A stretch of DNA of 64,000 nt from Octopus vulgaris (taxonomy: Eukaryota), in contig OX597819.1 of the NCBI GenBank assembly GCA_951406725.2, positions 72,416,001-72,480,000 of the forward strand. Reading direction: 5' to 3'. This document shows positions 26,801-39,984 of the stretch, in pieces. A program made the translations under genes and the position numbers. Position 1 is the first letter of the stretch, and the number at the start of each line of letters is the position of its first letter. The notes beneath the pieces are model-generated. The model was not told the DNA's origin. It saw only the letters and a list, made by a program, of their open reading frames with translations, and did no database searches.

Positions 26801-27119
26801 ACCAGAGAATTAGTGAGGTAGTCTCAAGTGGATTGGTATCAGAAGGGTTACAGGCTTAGAAGAGAAGTGTGAATGAGCTTTGTGAAATCCTAAAGTTGGT
26901 CAGGAGAAAGAAGGAAACCATGGCTCAGATCAAAGAAATGGGCTAAATGGCAACAAGAAAGAAACCTGTGCTAAAAGGCACTCAAGGAGCAAGGGATGGG
27001 ACTTGATATGGATGCCAGGTTTAATCTGAATAACTAACAATGATCACTGATGTAACAGGTCAGGAATTAATTTAGTAAATGATTTAATGAAGTGCATTAG
27101 TTTAGTACCCTGACATGCA

Positions 27120-27528
27120 TAAAGCTGTGGTGAACCCCTAGCATCTAGAAGCTTTGTGGGGTTTGGGGTTCAGTCCCACTGTGCAGCACCTTAGGCAAGT
27201 GCCTTCTGTTATAGACTCAAGCCAACAGATGCCTTGTGAATGAATTTGATAGATGGAAATTGTGCAGAAACTTGTATTATACATTATATATACATGTGAG
27301 GGAGAGAGAGGGAGAAAGAGGGTGTGTGAGTGTATGCATGTGTCCATGCATGTCCACACACTACTTGACAACCAGTGTTGCTTTGTTTATGTCCCTGTAA
27401 CTTAGCAATTCGGCAAAAGAGACCAACAAAATAACAGATTTAAAAGTACTGAGGGGGATTTGCTTGACTAAACCATGCAAGGAAGTGCCCCAGCATGGCC
27501 ACAATCCAATGACTGAAATAAGTAAGAG
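27120..27528 (+). mobile_element. Family A CORE-like SINE
   Basis: GGGTTCAGTCCCACTGTGCAGCACCTTAGGCAAGTG core and GACTGAAATAAGTAAGAG tail. Confidence 0.75.
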
Positions 27529-28000
27529 ATGCACACAATGAAGAAAGAAAGAATAATAATCTTCAGAGAGGAAAGAAAAGCATTGGTTCAATTCCCAGTG
27601 TTACACAGTATCACTCACTGAAAAATCAGCTGTAAGAATTTCATTCATTCTGAACATTGGTTTCACATTTTGGCACAAGGCCAGCAAGTTTGGGGGGGGA
27701 GTAAGTCAATTATATCAACCTCAGTATCAAGCTGGTACTTATTTTGTTGACACTGAATGGTAACGTCAACCTCATCAGAATTTGAAGTCGGAATGTAAAG
27801 ACAAACAAAATACCACTAAGCATTTTGCCCAGAGTGATAACGAGTCAGCCAACTTACAACTTATTTATTCCAAATATCGAAAATATATAAATCTGCTAAA
27901 ATTATTGTTTGTTATGGCACAAACAAATCCAAAAGCCCACATTTTAGTGACAGCAATTCTGAAAATTACTATTTTTATATCTTACAATGTGAGATATTCA

Positions 28001-28358
28001 GCCAACATAACATGGCAGTCCTGGTCTAGGACAAATGTTGCTGTAGGACAAATGTCTAGGACAAATGTTGCTGCAAATGTTGCCCCAGGAGACATCGTCT
28101 CCAACTGGCTGTATGACACGATCTGTGTCCTTACATTTTCAAACAAGGGAATCTAGCCCCACCACTGGACTGATGAAGAGAAATAACCTGGAAATCGCAA
28201 TACACAGATATTGTTTTGAGCTGAGTGGGGGTGCTAGATTCCCTTGTTCGAAAATGTGAGGACACAGATTGTGTTGTATAGCCAGCTGGAGACAATGTCT
28301 CCTAGGGCTAAATTACAGCAACATTCGTCCTAAACCAGGACAGCCATGTTATGTTGGC
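28001..28358. mobile_element. Foldback/palindromic MITE with about 150-bp inverted arms
   Basis: GCCAACATAACATGGCAGTCCTGG... at 28001 is the reverse complement of ...CCAGGACAGCCATGTTATGTTGGC at 28358. Similarity continues inward to about 28165/28222. Confidence 0.8.
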
Positions 28359-30533
28359 AAACAATCTTTACTACACAGCAATTCTGATCAAGATTTCTGA
28401 TATAAAGCACAAAGTATACAGATTTTGTTGGTGGGTGGATATACTTGATGGAAGCAAGTTCAGTTCTTGAACTGGCATTGCTTTTATGAACCCACAGAAA
28501 GAGGAGATTAAAGCTGTCCTTGGCAGGTTTTGAACTTAAAAGTTAAGAAATAACATGGTCACTATTGCAGTTCAGCAAAAGAGATTGATAGAATACCAGG
28601 CTTGAAAAAAAAATGAATTGTGTTGATTCATTCAACTAAAATTTTTTAAGGTGGTGCCCCAGCATGGCCAGTCTAATGACTGAAACAAGTAACAGAATAA
28701 AAGAATGTGTATATCTATATTTGCATTACTAATTAAAGTATTTTTGTCATTTAACCAATATTAAAAAATATTTTTTAGAAGTTTTAAGCAATTAAACTAA
28801 ATTGAATAGGAGCAGTGTTACTGGATATATTCAATGACTTCCTACACTGGAAGTGAGGGATAACCGCATTGGATGGATAAAGCTAAATAGTCACTGGAAG
28901 ATAAGAAACAGATTGAGAGTTCCAAGTCAACTGCAACTCTAAGAAGGATTCAGTACAATGTTTAAGGAGAAGAGTTGAAGAAGAAAGTGTAATGAACCTT
29001 TGCGAAACCATGCTGGTTGCTTTCTTTTTTTAATCTCATTTGTTCAATAAAGATATTTAGTACTCAAATAAGATCAAAAAATATATAGAAGCAGGCATGG
29101 CTATGAAGCATGTCTGTGTGGTTGAGAAGCTCATTTCCTAGCCATATAGTCTTGGATTCAGTCCCACTGCAAGGTACCCGGGACAGGTGTCTTCCACTAT
29201 AGCCCAGCTGACCAAAATCTTCCGAGTGGATTTGGTAAAGTGAAACTGAAAGAAGCCTGCCCTGCACAGGTGTGTGTGAGTGTGTGTCTACCCTAGTTTA
29301 GACCATGTGATGGTTGTAAACAAGCATGACTGTCATACAAGTGACATTGTTTCCAACCTCCTGTGAAAGTATTACACTGCTTGGAAATGGGTAAGGGTTG
29401 GCAGCAGGAAGGGCATCCAACCATAGGAAAGCTGCCTCAACAAATTCTGTCTGACCCATGCAAGCATGGAAAAGTGGACATTAAATGATGTGTAAAAGAA
29501 CAGCTGTATAATCCTTTATAAAGTTTTGAATGTACACCTAACTCCTTGTGCTTTATATAGTCCCCTCCACTCACACAGGTGAGGGATTTTAGGGGACAAG
29601 TTTTATTTTTTCATGTTAAAAAGTATTTCCAAATATTGAAATCATTAAAAGAACCAGTGTTTCCATTTCTTTTACATAACATTAGGAGAGGAAGATAAAA
29701 GGTAATAATTGAGATTAATAAAACTAAAATTACATCTAGAAACAGTTCCTTCCTAAACAATTCTATTTCAAATTTAATGGGAAGCTGTCACTAAAATCAC
29801 TTTTTAATGAGGACAAAAATACATTGCATTGTTCCACCATATATTAACACATAATACCTGCGAGAGTGGGTATATGACAGACAGGCAGACAGAGACAAGG
29901 CAAAGAAGAGATTTCACTCGGTGTGACAAGGGTATATTTTAATCTGAAACGGTTTAGTTCAAACGAACATGAATTTCAAGCGTATAGGAAAAGAATAAAT
30001 TCGTTTTGAAAAACGTTTTGAACGTTTCCTTCATTTGGTGCCACGTATAAAGCACCCGTGCTGGTAGTTGGCATTAGGAAGGGCATCCAACCATAGAAAC
30101 CATGCCAAAACAGACAATTGGAACCTAGCGCCGCTCCAGCCTTGCCAGCTCCTGTCAAACAATCCAACCCATACCAACATGGATAAATGGACGTTAAATG
30201 ATGACGATGTTTTGGTATTTTTTAAATTAGCATTCATGTCATTTCGTATAAAAACCAAGAAATTTGATAATTTATTGCATGTATGTTATAATATTCCTAA
30301 TATTACCCATGGTGGTAAAAATACACTTCCAAAGTCACCCATTATTTGATGGTTAACAATAGTATAAACAAACTCACCTAAAACAGACATTTCACATCTC
30401 TATAAAAGGTAACTACCAGAATTCTCTTGGGGATTGTATTTATTAACTCCTATTCCGTTTACACCCTAAAGTTGGGAAGTTTTATAGCTTAAAATGTTTG
30501 GGCTTTTGTCGGGTCAGAAATTACTAAATTGTC

Positions 30534-30651
30534 AATTGGGAGAATTAATGAATATGGAATTAATTTAATATCGATACGGTGTCAGCTTAAAATTAATTGG
30601 GAGAATTAATGAATATGGAATTTAATATCGATACGGTGTCAGCTTAAAATT
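30534..30651. repeat. Tandem duplication of an about 60-bp unit
   Basis: AATTGGGAGAATTAATGAATATGGAAT...TAATATCGATACGGTGTCAGCTTAAAATT occurs twice (61 and 57 bp). Confidence 0.9.
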
Positions 30652-31935
30652 ACACGTTGTTACCTTCTAAAAATATACAAATACACGATTATACAAAAAA
30701 AAGTTTTGTTTTTCTAAACGAGACAACTTCGTGAGACGGGTGTAATAGTAAACATTTACCTGAAAAAGGAATGGAATTTGAAGGGAGGAGTACAAAATGT
30801 AAAAAAAAAAAAGATTCTTTCACGGGAGGAAACTACTCAATTCCTCATTTTTTCCCCCTTCTCTACGAGATAGGAATGCTATTCTGGAAGTCCGCTGATC
30901 GGAGATTACACCAGCCGGTTAGAACTGTAAAAATTCAGAAAAAAAAAAGTGGGAGCAATGAAAAAAAATCAAACGAGAAAAGGCATATTGATAAAGAGTG
31001 AGAAATTAAAACAAGAATATAAGACATTCTTCCATACATCAACTGAAATAGGGTTGCGTTTCGCAGTTGTATTATTAAATAGCATAAAGATATTTAAAAT
31101 AGGGATTTGGAACAAATCCCTTAGGAAGACGGGATCTAAAAGCACTCAATTGAGACTATACTAATTAACATTAAGGTAAGGTATGGTGGAGTCTCCCGTC
31201 GAATACGACGTCCGATTGTTCACTTAATGACGATGGAAATTACAGCAAACGAAGAAAAAGTTACAAAGTACTAATAAGAATCGCACGTACACACCATCCG
31301 CAGATATAAATTCATTAACATAGTTAATTTCATTATTTATAAATTAAGTATAGATAAAACTTATATGCTGTAGTTGTTTTCATTATAGTTTTAAAACGCA
31401 CCACAATTTTCTTCAAATTCATGACTACGCATTGATAGGGGATCTATTCCCTGATCTTGTGCATTTAGAGAAATTAAAGTATTCTATTTTTTAAATATGC
31501 TTAATATAATCACAAATGTTTTATTTTTGCCTGCTTAGTTTCGTTTTACGTATTCGTTTTTATATCCTGTTATTTTTATTTACTGCATATAATATATAAT
31601 CGTGTTAATTGATGGGGGAGAATTTTGATATTTGAATATATTTTCACTATTTCCACATATGCTAGATAAATAAGGAAAATAGAAATAAAACATCGAAAAT
31701 ATTACAGCTACTGGTATTTATTTTTATAGATCCTTGCAGAAATAAATAACATACATAGTCGCATTGGTGGGATACGAACTCCGAACTCTTATTTCATTGC
31801 TCCGCTCTTTCTCGCTACCCTAACCTTCCCATCTCAGTCCACTGACAATAGAAATATTAACAATTAGGGTGAGAGCAAAACATTTCTAGCAACGTTAGAG
31901 TGTGTCCTGTACTTAAGAGGATCATTAAAATAAGG

Positions 31936-31970
<35 letters not shown>

Positions 31971-33089
31971 GGAGATGTCAATGGCAACCATATAAACAAA
32001 TGTGGTGGTGATGATGATAATGAGGAGGTGGATGGTAGTGATATAAAAAAAACCTCTAACAATGTGGTGTGTGTGTAGTTTTAAATCAGCACCAAGAGGA
32101 AATTCTCATCACCGAAGACTATGACTTGGGATTCGGCTGTGCTAAATAGCTGGTATTAGCCTGTTCGTTAATTTTCCTTCAGATGTTTTGTTTGTTTTTC
32201 TGATTAAAGTATAGTGCGGTGGGAGATAGGTAGTTATCTATCTTAAACATATGCTAACGAAAATGAAAATTTAGCAAGGCATCAACTGAGTAAAGACGAA
32301 ATATTTAAACAAAAAATTCCTGAGCTGAGTGGGGACGGAGGAGCAACGAGGTATGTCAGAGAGCCCCTAGCAAAAAGGCTACAAAAAAACCCTTGTTTTT
32401 ACTCCCTCCCCCTCTGAGCATGCCTAAATTGTAATGTGTGTCATTCATAAAGATCTTTAAATAGTGGCCCCTAACATACCGGAAGTTAAATACTATCTCA
32501 CTAGAAACAATATGCTTTACTTAATGGAAAACCCCAAAATTCACGACACACACAAAAAGAAAATGAAAACGTGACAAATTCGTGCATAGAATATTAATTG
32601 TAAAAAAAATGTCATTTTCACAGTAAATTTTGTTTATTTTTTTCTCCTTTTCAACGAAGAAATTAATTATAACGTGGTTAACAATTATTTTATGTAAGAC
32701 TTGATTTTTTTTTTTTCTTCAAACACGCAAAAAATAAAATATTATTCACAAGAAACTTTACATAAAACTAGCCAGACAAGTTCAATAAGTACCAATAATA
32801 ATAAATCGGAATTTAAAAGCGGCAAAGTTACGAATATATTTCGACTTTGAAGGCGCTAATTCACGTTGCTACTTGACAATCTGCGCTATGTGAAGTGGGT
32901 TCGTTTTATAACTGCTTTAATTTCTTTCACTCGCACCGCCCACATTGAGAAATTACTTATTAACACTCACCATACGTTTTATGAAACCTTTTAAATACAC
33001 ACACACACACGGGTTCGAATATGCCTGAAGCATATTTGAACTGGTAACAAGTTTGTATTTAAACACATCACTGCTTATCGCTTTTATCC

Positions 33090-33120
<31 letters not shown>

Positions 33121-33826
33121 ATAGGCAAGTCGAAACTTCGAAGTCCCTGTCACTCCTCTTGCAAAAGTATAAATACATACATTTCAAAGTATCGAGTAAT
33201 TCTTCAGTTTGAAGTAAAATTTTTATAATTCGGTCTAAAAACAACCATAAACTATATATATATGCGTGCGTTTATTGCTGTTACACAAACTACGTAGTTT
33301 GGCCCCGAATAAAAGCAATTGAATTATATATAAACCGTGTTTTTAGCAAAGCTAGAGAGACGAAGAAACGGGGGAAAGAATTAAAGTTTTAAAGAAAGTT
33401 ATTGAAGAAACAAAAGAAAAATCGAACGGTTAAAATAAGCAGCATATGTACACATCTAGTCTAGAATAATCATGAAATCTGTCAAATACACAATGGAAAA
33501 TGTATTTAGACAGTTTCTAGAGCCCAAGTTCCTTCCTGGTTTAAAAAAAAAAAAAAAAAGAAATATAAATATTAGCTTGTTTCTAAATATAACATACGGA
33601 TATAGAAGTTCAGTATTTGCTACTTTTTATCTTGTCAATAGAAAAATGATCGTTGTCTATATTTACAGACCCTAAAAACAGGCTAAATAGGGGAAAATTT
33701 AGGGAGTTGTTTTTCTTTTGTTTTCAAAATTTATCACAAGAAAACATGTATAGATAATTAAAATGGCAGAAATTATACAGGTGAACAAAGTTCAAATTTA
33801 TCTTTAATCTTTTTAATTGTATGTAA

Positions 33827-33828
<2 letters not shown>

Positions 33829-33905
<77 letters not shown>

Positions 33906-33992
33906 TGTGTGTGTGTGAGAATGTGTGTGTGTGTGTGAATGTGTGTGTGTGTGTGTGTGTGAGATGTGTGTGTGTGTGTGTGTGTGTGAGAA

Positions 33993-34030
<38 letters not shown>

Positions 34031-34080
34031 TGTGTGTGTGTGTGTGAATGTATGTGAATGTTGTGTGTGTGAGAATGTGT
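33829..34080. repeat. (GT)n microsatellite with GAAT/GAGAAT interruptions
   Basis: Direct inspection. Confidence 0.95.
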
Positions 34081-35399
34081 ATATACATGAGTGTGCGTAT
34101 ACAGATACTACATATCGATTATGAAGACAAAATATGAAAAAGTTTAACCATTTATATACACACGAATATATTCAAGTGCTGATGTATAAACATTCATGAG
34201 TATACATGCAATACACACACACACACACGTTTATACACATATACGCGAACGCGTTTATTCGTACACATACAAAGGGAGGTGCACCAGACTCAACCATTCG
34301 CCCTCGGTTGTCAATAAGGTGCATTTAAAGAGGCCAAACTTAAAAGAAACGTGAGGGAAGTCGGTTTGTAGGAGGACAAATGTTTTTAACCTGAGTAATA
34401 AGGTTGTGGGAGGCGAAGGAGTTTATCAAAAGGAAGTTTTGTCACCAACTAATGCTTCTATCATCCTCTGAATATTTCTTATAAAATAATTTTATGTCGC
34501 CGCAGAAAGGTGAAGCAGTAGCAGCCAAGAAACAACTGCACAATAGCCCTCGGTGTTTGTTAGGTTTTACCGACATAAAAACATGTTTGTCTTAGAAACT
34601 TGCGGTGTGTGTGTGTGTGTTATATGGACATATGAGAAGAAAAAACCTGAGGAGAGGGGATTTCTGTATAGCGTCCCTTAAAAACCGAGTAAGAACAACA
34701 GTAAATACATGGATCTTAATGAAATAAAATATATATACATATGTATTAGGTTAACAACGCATATAGAAGCGTGTGTGTCTAGAGATAGGTGCGCGCTCAT
34801 TCATTCACATGTTCACACACCTCTCTTAATACTGCTGTCGTGGCAAAGAATGTTTTCTTCAATAACATTAGTACAAAACTTGAATACTTCAGAAAGAAAG
34901 CTATACTGACAAGGTAACAACATTCGAGCTGGCTCAGGTTGTGGAGGGAGGGTTATCTTAACTGGCCCGTTATCTTGTCGAGTGTCCTTAGTTAATATAC
35001 ACCCTCCAGAGATATATAACAGTTTATATACATACAGGGGGTAAAGTTTAATATATACATACATAATATATTTATTAGATAACAGGCTTAGAAGTCAGAA
35101 ATTAGCGGGGTTAGAGTAGTTCTGAAAAACTTTAAAACAGGTTAACCATGTAGAACAACTCGTACAGTTCTTTGTTAAACAACTTTTCGGGGTTATATAT
35201 AAATACTTTTTTTTTTTTAATTCCCTTCTATATGCTACTGTTTTGACTCGTGCCTGCTTATCTCATTTGTGTGAGAAGGTAGTAATAGTAGTAGTATTAA
35301 TAATGTGAGCTGTGTTCTTTAGATAGAACACAAAATAGATAATCGCATAGCGTTCCCTTGCCGCACCTTTGACCAGCTTTTCCTGCACACAAATATGTG

Positions 35400-35445
<46 letters not shown>

Positions 35446-35812
35446 AGAATGTGTACACAACTTGTGTGTGTATGCGTGTACATATACACAAAACTGTAAA
35501 CATACACACACGAGTGTGCGTGTCTTTAGACTGCGTGCGTGTACATAATAAGACAGTGTATACAAGATAATAATTTGCTAAATTTCTTTAACATTTAAAA
35601 AGTCCCACGACTCGTCACTTTCAGCTTTAAGGGCCACCAGAAATAGGAGACATTATTTGTTGTGTGTTTCAGTTCCCCAACTTAAAGGAACAGTCAGGTT
35701 ATAAACAACAAACACCTCCGCTTTTACTAATTAATTTTTGTAAATAAAATATTTTAAGGAATAAAAAAAGAAAGTAATAAAACTAATTATGAAAAGTTAT
35801 TGAGAAGCTTAC

Positions 35813-36236
35813 CCAAAGTTTGGTTGTAGTTCAGAATCGGGGTAGAAAACCCATGCATGTCAGGGGTTTTACAATATGCAACTTCGGGCATTTCTCCACG
35901 TACCACAGTTTTCTGGGCCTTGAAATGGATATCCGTTTCAGTGTCGACAACTAATAATCTGGTCTCATCTCCACCAGCTTTGATCCTCTGGACTACCTGT
36001 TGGTGATTCTCATTGCCAATATTCACACCATTCACCTCGATTATTCGGTCCCCTTGATAGAGAAAAGCAGCTTCGGCTGGAGAACCTTCATCCACTTTTC
36101 CGATAAACTGGCCAGCTTTGCCTTTTTCAGCATGCAAGTTAAATCCATAACCATTGAAATCTTGCCATTTTATCAAGTGACAAAGTCGGGGATGTAATTT
36201 CAGTTTGTTAAAAGTATCCTGCACGTTATCGCTCAT
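35813..36236 (-). CDS. NHERF1: First coding exon of an NHERF-family (Na+/H+ exchanger regulatory factor, SLC9A3R1/EBP50-like) PDZ scaffold protein; encodes one complete PDZ domain
   Basis: Translation [42 protein letters not shown]...[37 protein letters not shown] carries the NHERF-type GYGF loop and PDZ motifs. ATG at 36236 has A at -3 and an in-frame TAG 15 nt upstream. The exon ends at TTGG|GTAAGC (424 nt, phase 1). The choice among NHERF1, NHERF2 and PDZK1-like cannot be resolved from one exon. Confidence 0.93.
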
Positions 36237-36900
36237 CTTGTTATTTTTCTACTTTCTAACACTATACTCGGTTTTCTCGGACGACTTTGCGTCTTTTAAC
36301 TTTCAGCGCACTTTTTCAATAAAGGGGGAAAATAATTCTTTTCAAACTTTTTCTCTTCTCCTTTATACTTTCTTTCTATCAAAGTAGCCGCCTCCAAATA
36401 TTCCGTGGTTTGAACTAAATTAGTTGTCAAATCCCCAAATTCAATTTTTTTCCTTAATTCACCGAAGGGGCTCGTATAAAAAAAAATTTACCCCGCGAAA
36501 TATGAGTTAACTGCCAATAAATAAAATACTCTAAATAAATAAAAGGCAGAGTTAACGTGCGTATCGGTCCATGTAAAGTGTTTAGAAAGTCGTCGTAAAC
36601 TCTATGTAACTAACTGCACCACAGCGAAAGCGTGGTCTGAAAAGCAAGAAGGAAAAAAAACGAGATGATAGCAGCAGGCAAAGCAGACAACAGGCTGCTC
36701 TTCTACTCTATGTTAATAATATGGCGATTGCAAGTTCAAGGCCATGTGATCAACTTGGACCAATTGCAGGCCGGCTTCTGCTCAGGTAGCTTATGACCAC
36801 ATCTGTCATTTCTGCTTTATACATTTATTGCTCGGTCAAAGTCTCTCTCCATTATATTTACTTATATTTACTTTCAAATGTCAATTTTATGCCATTGTTT
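36237..36900 (-). promoter_or_regulatory. 5' UTR and promoter-proximal region of the NHERF-like gene, including a 6-codon uORF (36572-36552, MDRYAR*)
   Basis: CpG-retaining, repeat-free stretch. Only one minus-strand ATG lies between 36636 and 36237. CCAAT and CATGTG motifs occur near 36740-36765. A strong acceptor-like tract (T8CCTTCTTGCTTTTCAG) ends at 36637. Confidence 0.5.
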
Positions 36901-37867
36901 TGTACTTTTTCTTTTTGTTTCTGTTTGTTACATATTTATAATATCTAAATAAACTTTATTTACTCTATACTCTTGTACAAATATACATATATATATGTAT
37001 ATATATGCAATTATAGATAAATAAGGTAAGTAGTTTAGCTAGCTAGGTCTAGGTTATATAAGTCATAAGTTCTACTGTTATAGTCTAAGGTATGTGAGGG
37101 AGAAGAAAGAAGAAAACCTGCATTGTGACATTAGAAAGGATATTAAATATTAATTTCTCATATAATTTTAGGGCAGTCGTTCAAACTGATTAGTTAAACA
37201 TATTTGCTATACTAGGTAAGACAATGCTCTATTTAAATGTGACATTACAAATATTTCTTCTAATAACTAGTCGTCATTTATTTTTTTATTTGTTTGTTTG
37301 TTTATCGATTATTTAATTTCCGTATTTCTTTACATCGGTGCTGGGTTTTATATTCGTAGGGGGAGATTGTACGGAATGCTGTGATAGTCATCCTTTCTTT
37401 TTCTTTCTTTCCTTTTTTTTCTTTTTTTTTTTTTTTACCTTTGAGCCCTAGGACTTACATAGGCCGGTTACCTGGTTTTCATGGCTTATAAGATCACAAC
37501 ATTCCCTCTGAACGGGACGTCGGTGTGTTACAGGATTCAAGGCTAGCAATTTTTGAGCGGGGTGGGGAGGGACAAGTTGATGACATTGAACCCGGTACTT
37601 GAACAGCACTGTATTTCATCGAACTCGGCGGGATTTGAACTCACAACGAAAAGAGCCAGAAGAAATTACACTAAATATTGTGTCCGACGTGCTAACGATT
37701 CTGCCAGCTCTCTACTTCTGTTATTATAATTGAAGATGAATATATTGATTCAGGAATCGAAAACCGTAGATTCTCTTATTACCTTTGTGGTCTTCATCAG
37801 ATTATTTTATTTATTTACTGAATTCTGAAACTGGCAAGGGGTTGCACACTTTGGGGAATGGCAGGAG

Positions 37868-38200
37868 GAGACCCTCTTCGGTTATGAATGACCATGGGAT
37901 TGCACCTAGAAAATTAACCTCCGAGGCACAAATCAGGGCAAGATCGTTTGTGGAAGGCCAGCAGTTGCCCGTGCATACCAGCCTCCCCTCTCTACACCAC
38001 CAGTGTTATCCAAGGGAAAGGCAAAGGCCGATGCAGCTTGGCACCAGTGATGTCGCAGCTCATTTCTACAGCTGAGTGAACTGGAGCAACATGAAATAAA
38101 GTGTCTTGCTCAAGAACACAACACACAACCCGGTCCGGGAATCGAACTCACAGCATCACGATCGTAAGCTCTACGCTCTAACCACTGAGCCATGCGCCTT
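37868..38200 (-). mobile_element. tRNA-derived SINE family D
   Basis: Head GGCGCATGGCTCAGTGGTTAGAGCG...GAGTTCGATTCCCGG, then TTCTTGAGCAAGACACTTTATTTCA. Colinear with 44283-44614. Confidence 0.85.
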
Positions 38201-38650
38201 CGAGTAATGGCAATGATCTCAGTATTTGACTGGAACTTTTCTTGACAATTCCTATAAGAAGGAAGGTAAGTTTACACCCGGCGGAATTTGAACTCAGAAC
38301 GTAGGGCCAGAAGAAATAGCGCTAAGCATTTTGTCTGCTTACGATTCTGTCAGTTCATCACTTTCGTGTGTTGTACAAAGTATAAAGGAGAGAGTGTTAG
38401 ACAACTTGGAGCCGCCTGTTTGGCGCCGCTCATTGGCCCCGCTGATTCGACGCTGACTTATTTGACATCAGACGTTTTAATGTTTCTCTCCCTCCCTCCC
38501 TTTTCTGTCTCACTCCTTCCCTCTCGTTCTCCCTTCCACTTTCTTTTTCCTTCTTCCTTTCTCCTCCCTCCCTTTCTCTCTCTATGTATGTGGGCACATT
38601 TCTCTTAAGTGTCTGTGAAGAAGGAATCATATTCAGTTAATAAATTGTAA

Positions 38651-38685
<35 letters not shown>

Positions 38686-39436
38686 TTATCAATCTCTCTT
38701 TCACTCCCTTACTCCCTTTTTCTAACTGTATGAGTAAATTTCTGTGCGCACGCGTATATGTGTTTTGAGGCTGAGTGAAGGCTTCTCTCTTTATTTTCTC
38801 AACTGAGGTTTCAAATTCTTTTTGTTGTTAATTCTAATACTCAGAGTTAGGTTCCATTTAGCTCACTTTAAAACTTTGGTTTCAGCATCGTATTTAAAAT
38901 GGGAAATGATTATAAAGAGTTTGGTATATTTAATAACGATATTTAAGTCACGCAGAGTCGACTTTCCTTCCTATCCTTCCAGAATCGATGGAAATAAGAT
39001 GTAATAATAATAAACTGGAATGGAGGGGGGTGATTTAGTAAACTATATCTCCCATCTGTTCAACTATTGGCTTTGTGCCTAGATAATGAATTAAAAATCT
39101 GCATTATGCAGACGTCAATGACTGAGATATCTTCTATTGGAAAACAGGTTCGAGAAAGTTGAACAAAATTGAAGAATATCAAAATTTTGTCGTTTCACAA
39201 TTTCAAACCTTTTCTGTTAATGTAGAGCAGCGTTTCTCAACCAGGGTTCCCTGGAGACGTACTCTTCCACAAAAGGTTCCAAGGAGTTCCACGAAAAAGA
39301 GTGAGATAAGCTAATGCTAATTTCATGATCGTAGTATTACTATACATACAAAACATATTGGTTATTGGAATATTGTAATATAGATATCATCCTATTATGT
39401 TATCAAAAAAATATAATAACCATATATATATATATA

Positions 39437-39780
39437 TGGTTCCGGGTTCAGACCCACTGCGTAGCACCTTGAGCAAGTGTCTTCTACTATAGCCTCGGGC
39501 CGACCAAAGCTTTGTGAGTGGATTTGGTAGACGGAAACTGAAAGAAGCCCGTCGTATATATGTATGTGTGTGTGTGTTTGTGTGTTTGCGTTTCTCTCCC
39601 CAACATCGCTTGGCAACCAATGCTGGTGTGTTTACGTCCCTGTAACTAAGCGGTTCGGCAAAAGAGACCGATAGAATAAGTACTAGGCTTACAAAGAATA
39701 AGTCCTGGGGTCGATTTTCTCGACTAAAGGCGGTGCTCCAGCATGGCCGCAGTCAAATGACTGAAACAAGTAAAAGAGAA
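39437..39780 (+). mobile_element. Family A CORE-like SINE, CpG-intact, 5'-truncated
   Basis: GGTTCCGGGTTCAGACCCACTGCGTAGCACCTTGAGCAAGTG...GACTGAAACAAGTAAAAGAG. Confidence 0.88.
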
Positions 39781-39984
39781 ATATATATATATATATATTA
39801 TATTATATTATATTATATTATATTATATTATATTTTATTATATTATATATTTACTACGTAAACTACGATAAAAGAAAATATGAGAAAGATATAGTATGTA
39901 ATTTTTTTGTAATTTTTATGAGACATGTAATTTATTTTAAGGGTTACGCAAGGGTAAAAAGACTGAGAAACACTGATATAGAGG

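Noticed and set aside
38140-38200. tRNA-like sequences at SINE heads (also 25179, 44560, 62680)
   Set aside because: They have A/B boxes but no complete cloverleaf and run directly into SINE bodies.
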